From Okamejei kenojei (taxonomy: Eukaryota): DNA of 64,000 nt. Shown piece after piece: positions 34,943 to 48,160 of the stretch (position 1 is its first letter; each line of letters opens with the position of its first letter). A program made the translations under genes and the position numbers. The DNA lies in contig CM069149.1 in the NCBI GenBank assembly GCA_035221665.1, positions 10,540,001-10,604,000 of the forward strand, written 5' to 3'. The notes below the pieces were generated by a model. It saw nothing but the letters and a program-made list of their open reading frames with translations. It was not told where the DNA came from and ran no database searches.

Positions 34943-35221
34943 GATTGCCTGTTGTTTCCCTCGAGTCTGCTGAAAGACCAAATTACTTCATACACATTGG
35001 TGAAAGTGATAATCTACGCTTGGAGCAATGGGAAGACAACCAACATTTCCATGAAGCTGCTTCATTCATTCATCACCAAAGCAACTGGATCCCAGGCTAT
35101 AGCACGTTTGAATTATACAGCAGGAAGGGATATTTCATCTCGCTGACAACATCAGCTGTTAAAGTAGTTCAATATGAGTATTCAGAATCATTTAGGCTCT
35201 CAAGTAGCTTCAGGGTTGGAG
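34943..35221 (+). CDS. OTOGL: Otogelin-like, internal exon (AbfB domain)
   Basis: ttacAG / GTAAGT, 279 nt, phase 1/1. LPVVSLESAERPNYF...WIPGYSTFELYSRKGYFI...SSSF. Confidence 0.95.
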
Positions 35222-35487
35222 GTAAGTGACCACAGGCCTATAAAACTTCCTGAAACTAAATTAATGTGCTTGAAAAAGGCCTTACTAGCAGTGATGGGAT
35301 AACTCTATTTGTGGAAAATGTCCCAATGCTTAAATGTGCCTATTTTATGGAATTAAGTAGTCATATCGTGCAGTTCCATTTTTTCAAGGAACACTACCTC
35401 AGGATACTTTGCTGTTTTGAGTCATTGTCATAAATATAAATGCCATTTGGGGTTCCTTCATGAATGCCCTGAAAACGTGTCCTATAT

Positions 35488-36102
35488 TTAGTTTAGTTTC
35501 CGTTTAGTTTAGAGATACAGCGCGGAAAAGGGCCCTTTGGCCCACCGGGTCCGCGCCGACCAGCGATCCCCGCACATTAACACCATCCTACACCCACTAG
35601 GGACTTTTTTACATTTACCAAGCCAATTAACCTACAAACCTGTAGGTCTTTGGAGTGTGGGAGGAAACCGAAGATCTCTGAGAAAACCCACACAGGTCAC
35701 GGGATGAATATACAAACTCTGTGCAGACAGCACCCGCAGTCGGGATCGAACCTGGGTCTCTGGCACTGCATTCACTGTAAAGCCCCTGTCCCACTTACTC
35801 ACAAATTCTCCCGAGGTTCCCCCTTGATTCAAACTCGGAGAATGTCCATACGAAGTCCGTAGCGAGTCCGTTGGAGGCTGTAGGAGTCTGTAAGTATATC
35901 GTAGCGGCTCGTTATGCCAGCCGTAGGTACTCGGGGCATCAGGTAAGTCGGGACGTTTTTTCAGCATGTTGAGAAATGTCCACGAGTAAAAAAAAAATAG
36001 TCCCGAGTATCTACGGCTGGCATCTCCGAGTTTGAATCAAGGGGAGAACTCAGGAGAACAGGGGCTTTAGGGCAGCAACTCTACCGCTGCACCACCGTGA
36101 CC
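35488..36102 (-). mobile_element. HE1-like tRNA-derived SINE interrupted by a Harbinger MITE
   Basis: Reverse complement of the SINE at 40878 (CACGGTGGTGCAGCGGTAGAGTTGCTGCC head, (AAACT)n tail). Confidence 0.75.
35781..36066. mobile_element. PIF/Harbinger-type MITE
   Basis: AGCCCCTGT... / ...ACAGGGGCT termini, TAA / TTA flanks, internal inverted repeats. Confidence 0.75.
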
Positions 36103-37489
36103 GCTTTACTGTCCCCTTTACTGGTATCATGAATCCCAATAATATTTAACTCATGACATTCACATTAAAGTATGCCGGTTTTGTATGATTCAAAATAACC
36201 GTGTCCCTTTTGTTTGTGTAATTCTGAAAATGGTTTCTGATGTTATTATAGCATACCATACACCCTTGCAATCTTTCATCTGACCAAGCTTGAATGCAGA
36301 AAGAGCAATTGTATTATTTAGCGACATGGTTGTATCTGAACAAACCTGAACTTAGTCCCCTGTCCTTGCAGTGCTTCCACATTTGCCTACGATCTGCCTG
36401 ATATTAGAGTGGCTAGAGATATCAAGCAGAAAACCTGGTGTGGGAAGAAGAAATGTGTTGGAAGGAACTGCAGACGCTGGTTTAAACTGAAGATGGACAC
36501 TAAATGCTGGAGTAACTCAGCGGGACAGGCAGCGTCTCTGGAGAGAAGGAATGGATGACCTTTCGGGTCGAGACATTTCTTCAGACTTGTCAGGGGAAAG
36601 GGCAATGAGAGATATAGATTTATGTAGAGAGAGATATAGAACAAATGAAAGAATGAAGCTGATTGTAGCAACCCCACCTTGCTGCATATCTGATATCAAC
36701 TATCTCAACACTCATCTGTTCATCAGAACTTTTAAATGTTACAATATCACACATTAAATACACAATTGAAGATTCAAAAAGGCAATATAATATGAACTGG
36801 CTACAGTTAATTTTAGTGCATGTTGTTAGTAATTCCATTAAATGCACTGAACAATAGTGTAATGGAGCAATCACATCGAGTGTTTTCTTAGTATTTTTCA
36901 TCTTACAAATAAAATGTGTGAATTGCATCTGGAAAACGACTTATGAGAAAGAAAATCAAATACCTGTGGTGCTTTAGATGTGGAAATATAAAACCATCCA
37001 ACCAGGGCTGAATCACAAACAATTATTGTATTAATATTACATAATGTAATTCACCTAAATTTTTATCTTAAATATAATATCCAGATGACTTAATTGCAAA
37101 TCTGCATGTAGGTTGTAGCTTAGTAGTGCTAAAGTGCTAAAATCTTGGCTTCCTTCAATGCCCAAACAATCTTCCGTTTATTTTCCTTTTTTTAAAACTT
37201 GTTTGTATGTAGCCATGTTACAGAGTAAGTGGTTGCGTAGAAATGAATCTTCACAATACTGAAGAGTGAGGTGAGAAACACAAATATATCTGGTCTTGGT
37301 CAGGATTTATTTCCAGCTAATGTTAACATTCCAGATCATGTCATTTCTCTTATTTGGCTTTGGACGCTTTAGACATTCCTAACATTCTGGTCAATGGAAA
37401 CGGGGTTTAATGGATGACTTGAAACAATATATTTATTTTATTCTTGACAATTCCTTATCTCTGTATCTCCCCCTCCCCTGACTCTCAGT

Positions 37490-37520
37490 CTGAAGAAGGG
37501 TCTTGGCCCGAAATGTCACC
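37490..37520 (+). ncRNA. Minimal hammerhead ribozyme motif in a Penelope terminal repeat
   Basis: CTGAAGA-A-GGGTC-TT-GGCCC-GAAA-TGTC: CUGANGA core, stem II, GAAA and a GUC cleavage triplet. Stem I is weak. Confidence 0.55.
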
Positions 37521-40500
37521 CATTCCGTTTCTCCAGAGATGCTGCCTGTCCTTCTGAGTTACTCCAGCATTTTGTGTCTATCTTCAGTTTAAACCAGCAT
37601 CTGCAGTTCCTTCCTACGTATATTTATTTCAATTGTCATTTATCACAAGAAATACCAAATAATATACAGATATTTCAGTGGATATGTATTTTTAATGTTC
37701 TTGTCAGTTTTTGATTTATTTGGGTTATCTTTACATCCCATCCCTGTGGGAAACAAATTTATAAATAACATTTTGTTCCACCTACGACGTAAGAGAGGTT
37801 ATAAAATAGCGGCTGGATTCACATATGGCAAATAGATATTGTCATGTGAAGCACAAGGCTGGGCCTCTTTGCTTTCTTACTGTGGAGCGTTCATTATAAC
37901 CACGTATTTTATAAGGCACAAAAGCAGCAAAATAATCCTGAAGCAATGGAATGTAAAAGGAGATGCCTTGCAAGTCAGGGATATTGTACTGAAACTAAAA
38001 CTACTCAAAGAGAGCCAACCAAAAACTATCAGAACAATGCTCTCTTCAAGCTGTGTTGCTGCATAGATTTAGCCCTTGGTTTTTCCCCATGACCCTCTGC
38101 ATATAAAGAGTCAGTTAATACTCTAAAGGGGAAAAGGTTGTTCTGTTCACGGAAGTTGCTTGTAACTATATCTTCTAAATGGCACAGCTGTCTACATAGT
38201 CGGATAAGGAAAATATTTTAATGTGTCTGTTTCTGAAAGTTCATATTTTTATAGTAATTACATTATTCTAAAAATGCTGAGCAACCATATTTTGTGGATT
38301 CATTGTACAATAGTTTTTACTTCTACTGTACAATGTTATGTTTCCCATTTAAACGGAAAGCGCACTGCTGCTAAATGTATCATGCAGATAGAGTTATAAC
38401 TTTAATTATAACTTATTATTGAGTCATTTTGTTGATTGTTGGGACATGTTGGTATCCAAGCAGAACTGGCATTAGAAATAAATATGAGCAAAAGCAAGAG
38501 TCTGAAACCCATAAGATAGACACAAAATACAGGAGTAACTCACTGGGTCAGGCAGCTTCTCTGGGAATAAAACCCATCATCTTAGCAAAGTAGGGAAAAT
38601 GTGCAAAAATAGTTTAAAAAATCTGCCAAATGTTCTTTTACCCTATATGAGATGTTACGATACGATACAAATTAACTTTATTTATCCTAGGAGCTAAATT
38701 GGTCTGCCATAAAACACAACACGATACATGAAACATGCAATTAAAGTGCTGAGTAGAAAGTCCAGAATTGGGGATGTGCAAAGATTGGGGGGAGGGCGGA
38801 GAAGGGTAGTCAGTCTACCCCATGCCAGAAGGGGAGGAGTTATGCAGTTTGATAACCGCAGGGAAAAATCATCTCCTCTGGCATTCATTCTATGCATAAA
38901 AATAGGTTTAGACTATAAGTGGAAAACAATGACTACATGAGCAGGTTAAATGCTGGTGAGTGACTATTACCTCCCAACTCTCCAATGTTTCTCTGCCACT
39001 TACAAGACACATAGCAAGAGTGTGATGGGGTACTTTTCACTTCTGGAGGAGTTTGGAGGCTAATTCACCAGATGGTTTCAAGAGAGAGTTAGATTTAGGT
39101 CTTTGGTCTAACAGAATCAAGGGATATGGGGAAAAATTAAGAACAGGGTACTGACTTTGGATGATCAGCCGAATGGAGTGCAGCTCCATCAACTCTGAAG
39201 AAGGTTGAGACCATCAAGCCCATTTGAATGGCACCCTGTCCAATACACTGGATATTAATCTCCTACACCACGAGAGCCCTCTTAGTAGCTGCAACGTGCA
39301 TCACCTACAAAATGTGCTGCAGACACCCACCTTAGATACTTTGTCTGCATTGTCCTAACCCATAAAAGTTACTACTAAGGAGGACAGGCTCAGTAGGTAC
39401 ATGAGTACACCACTGCCTGCATATTTACATCCTTGTCACAAATAATGCTGATTATAGCTGGCCCTTCATCATCACTGGGTCTAAGTGCATTCAAACTCTT
39501 GCCCCAGCCCAACTGCGTGAGAACCTTCACGAGAAGCAGCAATCTTAAGAAAGTGAATCGCCATTAGGCTCTGTTAAGGACAGCTAAGAATGGGCAATAA
39601 ATGCCTGCCTTGCCAGTCTTGAAAAACGAATTAAAATATCGTTCAAACCAAACTGCAATCTATTCTCTGGACAAAATAACATATTCATTTAATGAGGCTC
39701 TTATCTTGTGTTCTTGTTCTCTGCAAACACCCTCTTGCATGCACATACGCAATGCTTCCCCATTCATTATAATGTGAAATACTATAACACCAAGAACATT
39801 ATAGAACTTCATAACTTTTGCTTTTTCTCACCCTCTTTGTTTTTTGTACATGATACCTTCTCCATACAAACCTCTTCTCTCAGAGGTAGTGAATCTGAAA
39901 TTATCCAACCCTGTGGCAACCTCGTTAGATTTATTTAAGGGGGAGATGGGTAAATATTTGAAAGTCATTGATGAGCATCTTATATAAAACTAAATGAGTT
40001 ATTCCATCATTATTTATGGCAAGGCAGAGCAAAGGCGACAGAGGGGCAACCCCTAGACCAGGCCTCAAGCACTTTAGATGACTCAAGGCAAAGGACATGT
40101 TATTAAAAGGACCATAACGTATTACAGCTTTTTCTGATCCCGCCCTGAATAATACGTTGTGCTCCTCCTCTAGCTGATGACATCATATACACAACCACAA
40201 CACTGGACACTAAGAATAACCAGGCGTCTCCTTTGCTCTGTGTTGCCATAAAGAATGAAGGAATTATTCATTTAGTTTTATGTAAGATGCCCATCAACTT
40301 GCACAGAAATGCATGGTCCCTCAAATAGTATTTATTCTATTTTCTATATTAAATAGTATTGAATTATGAGGAATATCAAATAATTCCCTTGCTCTTTTAA
40401 GGAGGGTTTGTAAAATAATTCAACCAAGCAACGAAACTGTACTTTATCTAACACCTCATCCAAAATTCTCAATGCTTCTCACAATACAGCAAACCTTTAT

Positions 40501-40877
40501 TGAAGTTCTAGTCTCGATTGAGTGTGCTCGCTCTGTCATGGGCTTCGAACCAGCATGCCCTGCTGCTACGATGTTCCATCTTGTATAATGTTATAATTGC
40601 TCAGAAACTCATTAAACTCAGCAGTTCCTGGCAACTTCTGTCCAACAATTCTCCTCTCAGTCTGCAGAAGGGTCTCGACCCGAAACATCACCCATTCCTT
40701 CAGTCCAGAGATGCTGCCTGCCACGCTGAGTTACTCCAACGTTTTGTGTCTATCTTCGGTGTAAACCAGCATCTGAAGTTCCTTCCTAAACACGTAAAAG
40801 CAAAATCATTGATTGTTGAAACTCTTACCCCATTTTTTACTTTGTCACTTTTGTTGACCCCACTTTTACCCACCATT

Positions 40878-41170
40878 GGGCGTCACGGTGGTGCAGCGGG
40901 AGAGTTGCTGCCTTACAGCGCCAGAGACCCGGGTTCCATCCCGTGCTGGAGTTGGTACGTTCTCCCCGTGACCAGGTGTGTTTTCTCCGAGATCTTCGGT
41001 TTTCTCCCACACTCCAAAGACGCACAGGTTTGTAGGTTGATTGGCTTGGTATAAAATGTAAAATTGTCCCTAGTGTGCATAGGAAAGTGTTAATGTACGG
41101 GGATTTCTGGTCGGTGCGGGTTCGGTGGGCCGAAGGGCCTGTTTCCTCGCTATATCTCTAAACTTAACCA
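40878..41170 (+). mobile_element. HE1-like tRNA-derived SINE
   Basis: A-box-like GGTGGTGCAGCGG, B-box-like GGGTTCCATCCC, HER1-type tail GGGCCGAAGGGCCTGTTTC. Further copies at about 8640-8900 (+) and 44860-45140 (-). Confidence 0.75.
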
Positions 41171-41547
41171 AACATTGCCTGGCTATTGGTGGCTGGACCT
41201 CAGGCTGGTGGTTGTTTCGAGACTGGAGTTGTGAGAAATGTAACAAATTACATAATTTAATACATTCCTCTCCATTTAAGTCAGGCCAGCATACGGAATT
41301 TTTTTCCACTTCATCTACTGGTTACCTCACATGACATATTCCTGTCTCAGTTCCTGGGGAATTCAAAGTGATGCCTTCCAGCGATGTCATTGCGAAGTGG
41401 CAGCTAGCGCAACAACGTGTGAGGAAATGAGATTTTCGCCCAGGGCACAGGAATTTGATTTACTTTGTAAAATAATTAATTGATTATTTTGTTAGAGATT
41501 CTAAATACAGAAAGGGGACAATATTAACTTTGAGGGTTTTCTTTCAG

Positions 41548-41665
41548 AGAGCAGCCTGGTTATACCGTACAGAACAATGTGTGAATTTCGATATGAAGCC
41601 TGCACCCATCCTTGCATCAAAACATGCAGCGACCCTCATGCAATTGCCTGCAAATTTTTATCACC
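41548..41665 (+). CDS. OTOGL: Otogelin-like, internal exon (TIL-like)
   Basis: tttcAG / GTAAGT, 118 nt, phase 1/2. (E)SSLVIPYRTMCEFRYEACTHPCIKTCSDPHAIACKFLS(P). Confidence 0.93.
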
Positions 41666-42758
41666 GTAAGTGCATGTATTTTATAATATGGACATCTCAG
41701 GATTTACTTTATTTCTGCAGTTGCTTTATTGTATGTAACATGAAATATGTAACATATCTATCAATATATTATTAACATATTTAACAATACAAATACAGAT
41801 TTCTACAAATGATTGAAAGATTATCCTACATGCTGCTACCTACTGATGCTACGGATGTATGTAATTTATCTATAATTATTATTCTTGAAGTTGATCTACA
41901 AAACTATCAAATAATTCCAATCATCATTAATCTCATATTATGCTACGGAGACATTCCCAAAGTCAAACATGTCCAATTTCCACTGTTCAGAGAAATCCTG
42001 ATCCACCATTTCCTTTGTTTCCATTGGTTCTGCAAGCCCCTTTCTCATTCATCATCTTCTGTTTCAAACTCACCAGCTTATATGAGCACTTCTTCACTCC
42101 CCAACCACTCTTCTACCCTGTTCCCCTCATCCCTCCTTTCTCCTCCTCCCCCCTTCATTTGCATCATGCTGTTCTTGTGTTTGTGTCTGTGCTTTCCACG
42201 TATGCAAAAGCTCTCATTCAGCTAAAAAACTGTGCCATCTGGCACTTGTCCCTTTCGTTGTTTTTTAGCCACTTCTCACAAACTCTTCCTAAACACTGAG
42301 ATTAGTCTCCGGCTCCCGTGACAACATCCCTACTAAATCTGCCAACAACTTAACCTTATACCCCATCCTAGCCGACATGTTAACTAATTGCTCCATCACC
42401 TGTAAGGACTGACTTCCTTGCTAATCTGTTCAAATCATTTGCTGCCCTTAAAACTTCCTGGTCATAGTCTTGAAAAGCACCTGCTCGTCTCCAACATTAC
42501 TTTCCTTGAATTCCCCAACCTGGATTTTTCTTTTCTGCAATTTCCTTGTTTTCCAGTTCAAAGTATATATTTGAAAATTAAATAATATTAGAATTGTAGA
42601 AGAAGGAGGCCATTTATTATTAGGCCTGTTGCAGCTCTTTGATAAGAAACAGCTAATTAACTGTGCCTCTGTGCTCTGTCCTATATGTTGTGTAAAGTTG
42701 CCCCTTTGTTTTAAATGTCCCACAAGTATTTCAGGCATTTAATTCCAGTGCAAGCTAA

Positions 42759-43390
42759 AGGGCCTGTCCCACTTGAGCGTTATTTGCGCGTCATTTACGC
42801 GACATGCTAAAAATTGGTGGCGCGTTGTGGCGTGCTGGCATATGTGACTGTCGCACGACCGTCACGCAAAAATCGTCTAGCTCCAAGTGTCCCTGAGGGC
42901 CCTGCCCCCTTTGGGAGACATTTGCGATGTCGTTCGTACCTAGTCCGATCTCCGTGGCAAGGAGATAAAGCGTGTGTAGTTTTCAAAATCTCGAGCGCTT
43001 TATACCCAGGTGGTCACGTGATGCGGTTCTCAAATGACGCGCAAATGGCGCACCGTCGGCGTACGGTCGGCGCCTGGTTATGGATGTTGACGCACGGTGA
43101 CACACAGTAAATTAGCATAGACAACGTTCGTGCATCACCGTGTGTAACCATGCATCACCACGCGCTACACTACACACGCTCGGCGTATGCCATTAGTACG
43201 TCAGCATGCGCAATGGATAAGTCACGCAGGTGGCGTGTGAGGATTTTGGGCCTCACAAAATCCTGGGGCGCCGCGCGCTACCGCACGTCACTGCTTACGC
43301 TAGACGATTTTTGCATGACGGTCGTGCGACAGTCACTACCGGCCTGTCGCGTAAATGACGGGCAAATGTCACGCAAGTGGGACAGGCCCT
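42759..43390. mobile_element. PIF/Harbinger-type MITE, CpG-rich
   Basis: AGGGCCTGTCCCACTTG / CAAGTGGGACAGGCCCT inverted termini with TAA TSD. Confidence 0.88.
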
Positions 43391-43632
43391 TAACAATGCA
43401 GTTAATCCTGGGTGTGTGTGCATTGCTCAGAGGTAACGCTCCAAGCTAGTATTGACTTAATGACAAGAGGGTAGTCCTCAATATCTGCAAGACAAAGATC
43501 CTCTCCCTCTCGTTACATTGCCCACCAACAGTAAAGATTCATGGCAAGACCATTTAAAATGTCATGATATGGCAAGAACCTTTACCATATCTTGAGAGCA
43601 GTGGTAAAGTGAAGCCAAACTTTGATGATTAA

Positions 43633-44300
43633 AGGGGTTGTCCCACTTGGGCGACCTAATCGGCTAGTCCAGAAGAGTGTCTTCGACCTTGAAGCTCGAG
43701 GGCACTCACCTGGAAAACCTCGAGCTGGATTGACCGTCCGCGTTGAAACCGTGAGCTGGATCGACCACACAGACGCAGACGCAGACGCGGANNNNNNNNN
43801 NNNNNNNNNNNNNNNNNNNNNNNNNNNNNNNNNNNNNNNNNNNNNNNNNNNNNNNNNNNNNNNNNNNNNNNNNNNNNNNNNNNNNNNNNNNNNNNNNNNN
43901 NNNNNNNNNNNNNNNNNNNNNNNNNNNNNNNNNNNNNNNNNNNNNNNNNNNNNNNNNNNNNNNNNNNNNNNNNGGGAAAGCGGGGGAGCGCTGTCTGAAA
44001 ATCACACCCGCGATGAAGAAGGTGAAACGCCGCACAGTAACGGTAAGTCCTTTAGAGAGCGCGGGGGGGGGGGTGGGAGAAGGGGGGAGAATGGGAGAAA
44101 AGGGGGGGGGGGGGGAAGGGGGGGGGGAGAAGGAGTGGAGATACGTTTAAGAAGTGTAATAAAGTTTAGCGGGCATTTTACCTACCGGTATGTCTTCCTT
44201 GCTCCTGAAAACTCCAATGAGCCAATCAAAATGCCCGGTCAGCGAAGGAGATTGCCTACGGCTGCCCTCGACTGCCTGTAACTAAATAGCGACCCCTCTC
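43633..44300. mobile_element. Truncated Harbinger-type MITE spanning an assembly gap
   Basis: Begins TAA|AGGGGTTGTCCCACTTG like the other three; right terminus not found. Confidence 0.55.
43792..43973. other. Assembly gap (182 N)
   Basis: Run of N. Confidence 1.
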
Positions 44301-44309
44301 CATGTGTCC

Positions 44310-44632
44310 CAGACAGGACAATGAAATTCTTGCTTGCTGCAGCACAACAGAGTATTGTAGGCATAAATACAGATCAGATCAGTGTGTCTATATATCACAG
44401 ACCATATATATACACATAAATAAACAGATAAAGTGCAATAGGCTGTTATAGTTCAGAGTGTGTTTGAAGTTGTATTTAGTAGCTTGATGGCTGTGGGGAA
44501 GAGGCTGTTCCTGAACCTGGATGTACCAGAGAGCAGGCTCTTGTACCTTCTACCTGATGGCAACAGATAGATGAGTGTGTGGCCAGGATGGTGTGGGTCT
44601 TTGATGATGTTGGCAGTCTTTTTGAGGCTGGC
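44310..44632 (-). mobile_element. Rex1-like LINE 3' fragment
   Basis: IIKDPHHPGHTLIYLLPSGRRYKSL...TSRFRNSLFPTAIKLLN. Confidence 0.75.
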
Positions 44633-44808
44633 TTCCATCTCCCCTGACTCTCAGTCAGAAGAAGGATCTCGACCTGAAACATCACCCATTCCTTTTCTCC
44701 AGAGATGCTGCCCATCCTGCTTAGTTACTCCAGATTTATGTGTTATTCTCGTGTGTAAACCAGCCTCTGCACTTCCTTCTTTCACAAGCCATGCAATTTG
44801 TTACATTA

Positions 44809-44822
44809 CCACCAGATGGCAC
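44809..44822 (+). promoter_or_regulatory. Candidate CTCF-binding motif
   Basis: CCACCAGATGGCAC fits the CTCF core. Motif match only. Confidence 0.3.
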
Positions 44823-46374
44823 ATTTTGTTGCAATGTTGTGATTCATATCCTTATTTAGTTTACTTTTAGTTTTAGAGATAGAGCATGGAAATAGGCACT
44901 GCGACCCACCAAGTCCACGCTGATTAACAGTCGCGTACACATTAGGGAGAATTTATAGAAGCCATCCTACAAATCTGTACATCTTTGGAATGTGGGAGGA
45001 AACCGGTTCACCCGTACGAAAACCCACGTGTTCACAGAGTGAACGTACAAACTCTGTGCAGACAGCACCCATAGTCAGGATCGAACCCAGGTCTCTGGCG
45101 CAGTAAGGCAGCAACTCTACTGCTGTGCCACCGTGCCACCTTCTGCACCACTGTTATATGAAGATGACGTTTTATACTCAAGGAAGAGCAACAAATTAAT
45201 GTAATAAGTTAAAGTACATACCTAGTTATCACTGCCTATTAGAAGGGCAAAATAACAAATTGTATATCTAAAGACAAAATATTGCAAGTCTAAAATTCTG
45301 GAACCATAACAGATAATTATAGAAATAATTAGTGAATCTGGTAAGAATTTTGAAGAGGGAAAACAAATTTCAGGTCAATGGAACCTGTGAAATGTTGACT
45401 CTGTGTTTCTCTCTCCACAAATGTTGCCAATTTTTTCCTTTATGTTCTGTTTTTAACCTTAGATGAATAACTGTATTTTACATAATATTTACTATATTTA
45501 CATAACCATTACTGTTTCACCTTATGGAGGAATAATCATGAACTATATCTTTACTCTGAAGGTGGTGGATACGTTGGCTCACAGGAGCAGTTTGCAATGC
45601 ATGGTTTAGTCATGTGTGGGCTGTTGCACTCTTTGGAATTTCTGAATCTCAGGTGGTTATTGCAGGGAAATACGCAATACTCAGAGGCAAAATACCCCTG
45701 AAGAAACGTGGAAGAGAAACATGTCCCCGAGACCTTTGACCTTACAGGGGTTGGCAAATAATTGAAGCAAACCAGTGGATTAATCACCTCCTTTCTCACT
45801 CGCCTGCGATTTGTGTCTGGTCTGGAGAGATCAAAGAGAAAGTCACTCTTGTCCACTCGCTTAAATCCAAGGGTATTAAAGGAATTGGCTGTAGATATAA
45901 TCGACCCATTGACCAATATTTAGATGAATGAGACGGGATAATTTGAAACATATACTATTCTAAAGGGACCTGACGTTGTAAAGGTTGAGATATTTCCAAA
46001 AGTAGGGGACATAGTTTCAGGATAAGGGGTTGGTCAATTAGAGATGAAATGTGTGGGAATTTTAACAGACGGTGGTGAATCTCTGGAATTCTCCATCCTG
46101 AAGGGATCTTGAGGCTAGATCATTCGAGGTATTTAAAGAGAAGATAGATCAATTTTTGAGAGATTGAGGAAATGGTATTGAGAATTGGTAAGGTTGGGGG
46201 GTGGGGGGGGGGGGGGGGGGGGAACTTAGGGCAGATCAGCCATGATCATACTGAATAGCAGCACAAGCTATTCTCAATACCATTAGACTAGCAGAGTAGT
46301 CTAATCTGCTTCTATTTTCTTAAGATCTTATTCTCAGGGGAGAAGAAATAAACTTTTATATTTTTATCATGCAG

Positions 46375-46454
46375 GGTAGAGGGATGTATGGCACATTGCC
46401 CAAAGAACATGCTATTTGATGAAGTCACACTCAGATGCGTATATCCAGAGGATT
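46375..46454 (+). CDS. OTOGL: Otogelin-like, internal exon (TIL-like)
   Basis: tgcAG / GTGAGT, 80 nt, phase 2/1. VEGCMAHCPKNMLFDEVTLRCVYPED(C). Confidence 0.94.
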
Positions 46455-46732
46455 GTGAGTGTTTCAATTTGTATAACTCTTATATATAAAAATGTTAATT
46501 TTCTCATTAAGATGAAGGATGAAACTCACAATGGAAAACTAATAAGTATTGATTATTTCTTGGCCATTTATATGAGAGTTTAATGGTTGACGCTTTGAAT
46601 TGTCTCCCCTATTTACACAGACTACTTCACCTTCTCAATGCCAATCCACTTAGAAGTGAGGCCAGAACAAGAAACGATTGTGTTACTTTTGTTGTGGCTT
46701 GGTTGGTTGTATTCTTGCCTCTGAGTTTTAAG

Positions 46733-48160
46733 TTGTATCATGTATAAAATCATGAGAGGAATAGATCGGGGAGATGCACAGAATCTCTTGCCCAGACTAG
46801 GGGAATCGAGGTCCAGAGCACATAGGCTCAATATGAAGGGGTAAAGATTTAATAGGAATCTGAGGGGTAACTTCTTCACACAAAGGGTGCAAACTTAAAG
46901 CACACGGTATTGGGGGTTCAGTATTGATGTGGATAGAGAACTGGCTGGCAGACAGGAAGCAAAGAGTAGGCGTAAACGGGCCCTTTTCAGAATGGCAGGC
47001 AGTGACTAGTGGGGTACCGCAAGGCTCAGTGCTGGGACCCCAGCTATTTACAATATATATTAATGATTTGGATGAGGGAATTGAATGCAACATCTCCAAG
47101 TTTGCGGATGACATGAAGCTGGGGGGCAGTGTTAGCTGTGAGGAGGATGCTAGGAGGTTACAAGGTGACTTAGATAGTGGGTGAGGGGGCAAATGTATGG
47201 CAGATGCAGTATAATGTGGATAAATGTGAGGTTATCCACTTTGGAGGCAAAAACAGGAAAGTAGACTATTATTTGAATGGTGGCCAATTAGGAAAAGGGG
47301 AGATGCAACGAGACCTGGGTGTCATGGTACACTAATCATTGAAAGTAGGCATGCAGGTGCAGCAGGCAGTGAAGAAAGCGAATAGTATGTTAGCATTCAT
47401 AGCAAAAGGATTTGAGTATAGAAGCAGGGAGGTTCTACTGCAGTTGTACAGACCACACCTGGAGTATTGCGTACAGCTTTGGTCTCCTAATCTGAAGAAA
47501 GACATTCTTGCCATGGGGGGAGTACAAATAAGGTTCACCAGACTGATTCCTGGGATGTCAGGACTTTCATATGAAGAAAGACTCGGCATGTACTCGCTAG
47601 AATTTAGAAGATTGAGGGGAGATCTTATAGAAACTTACAAAATTCCTAAGGGGTTGGACAGGCTAGATGCAGGAAGATTGTTTCCGATGTTGGGGAAGTC
47701 CAGAACAAATGTCACAGTTTAAAGATAAGGGGGAAGTCTTTTACGAGATGAGAAAACATTTTTTACACAGAGAGTGATGAATCTCTGGAATTCTCTGCCA
47801 CAGAAGGTAGTTGAGGCCAGTTCATTGGCTATATTTAAGAGGGAGTTAGATGTGGCCCTTGTGGCTAAGGGAATCAGGGGGTATGGCGAGAAGGCAGGTA
47901 CAGGATACTGAGTTGGATGATCAGCCATGATCATATTGAATGGCGGTGCAGGCTCGAACAAACTGCCAGAGGAGGTAGTTGAGGCTGGGACTATCCCAAC
48001 GTTTAAGAAACCATTAGACAGGTACATGGATAGAACAGGTTTGGAGGTATTTGGACCAAGTGCGGGCAGGTGGGACTAGTGTAACTGGGATATGTTGGCT
48101 GGTGTGGGCAAGTTGGACCGAGGGGCCTGTTTCCACACTTTATCACTCTATGACTCTAAG
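46733..48160 (+). mobile_element. Composite CR1/HER1 LINE (one subfamily inside another)
   Basis: Inner piece 46890-47957 has [11 protein letters not shown] and KFADD RT motifs; the outer piece's 3' end resumes at 47958. Confidence 0.85.

Noticed and set aside
43622-44281. 219-aa ORF
   Set aside because: Artefact of translating across the N gap and G-runs inside a MITE.
46195-46222. Long G-runs (also about 3440-3480, 7025-7060, 13331-13357 and 54101-54120) as functional G-quadruplexes
   Set aside because: Simple homopolymer expansions, mostly within decayed repeats, with nothing indicating function.
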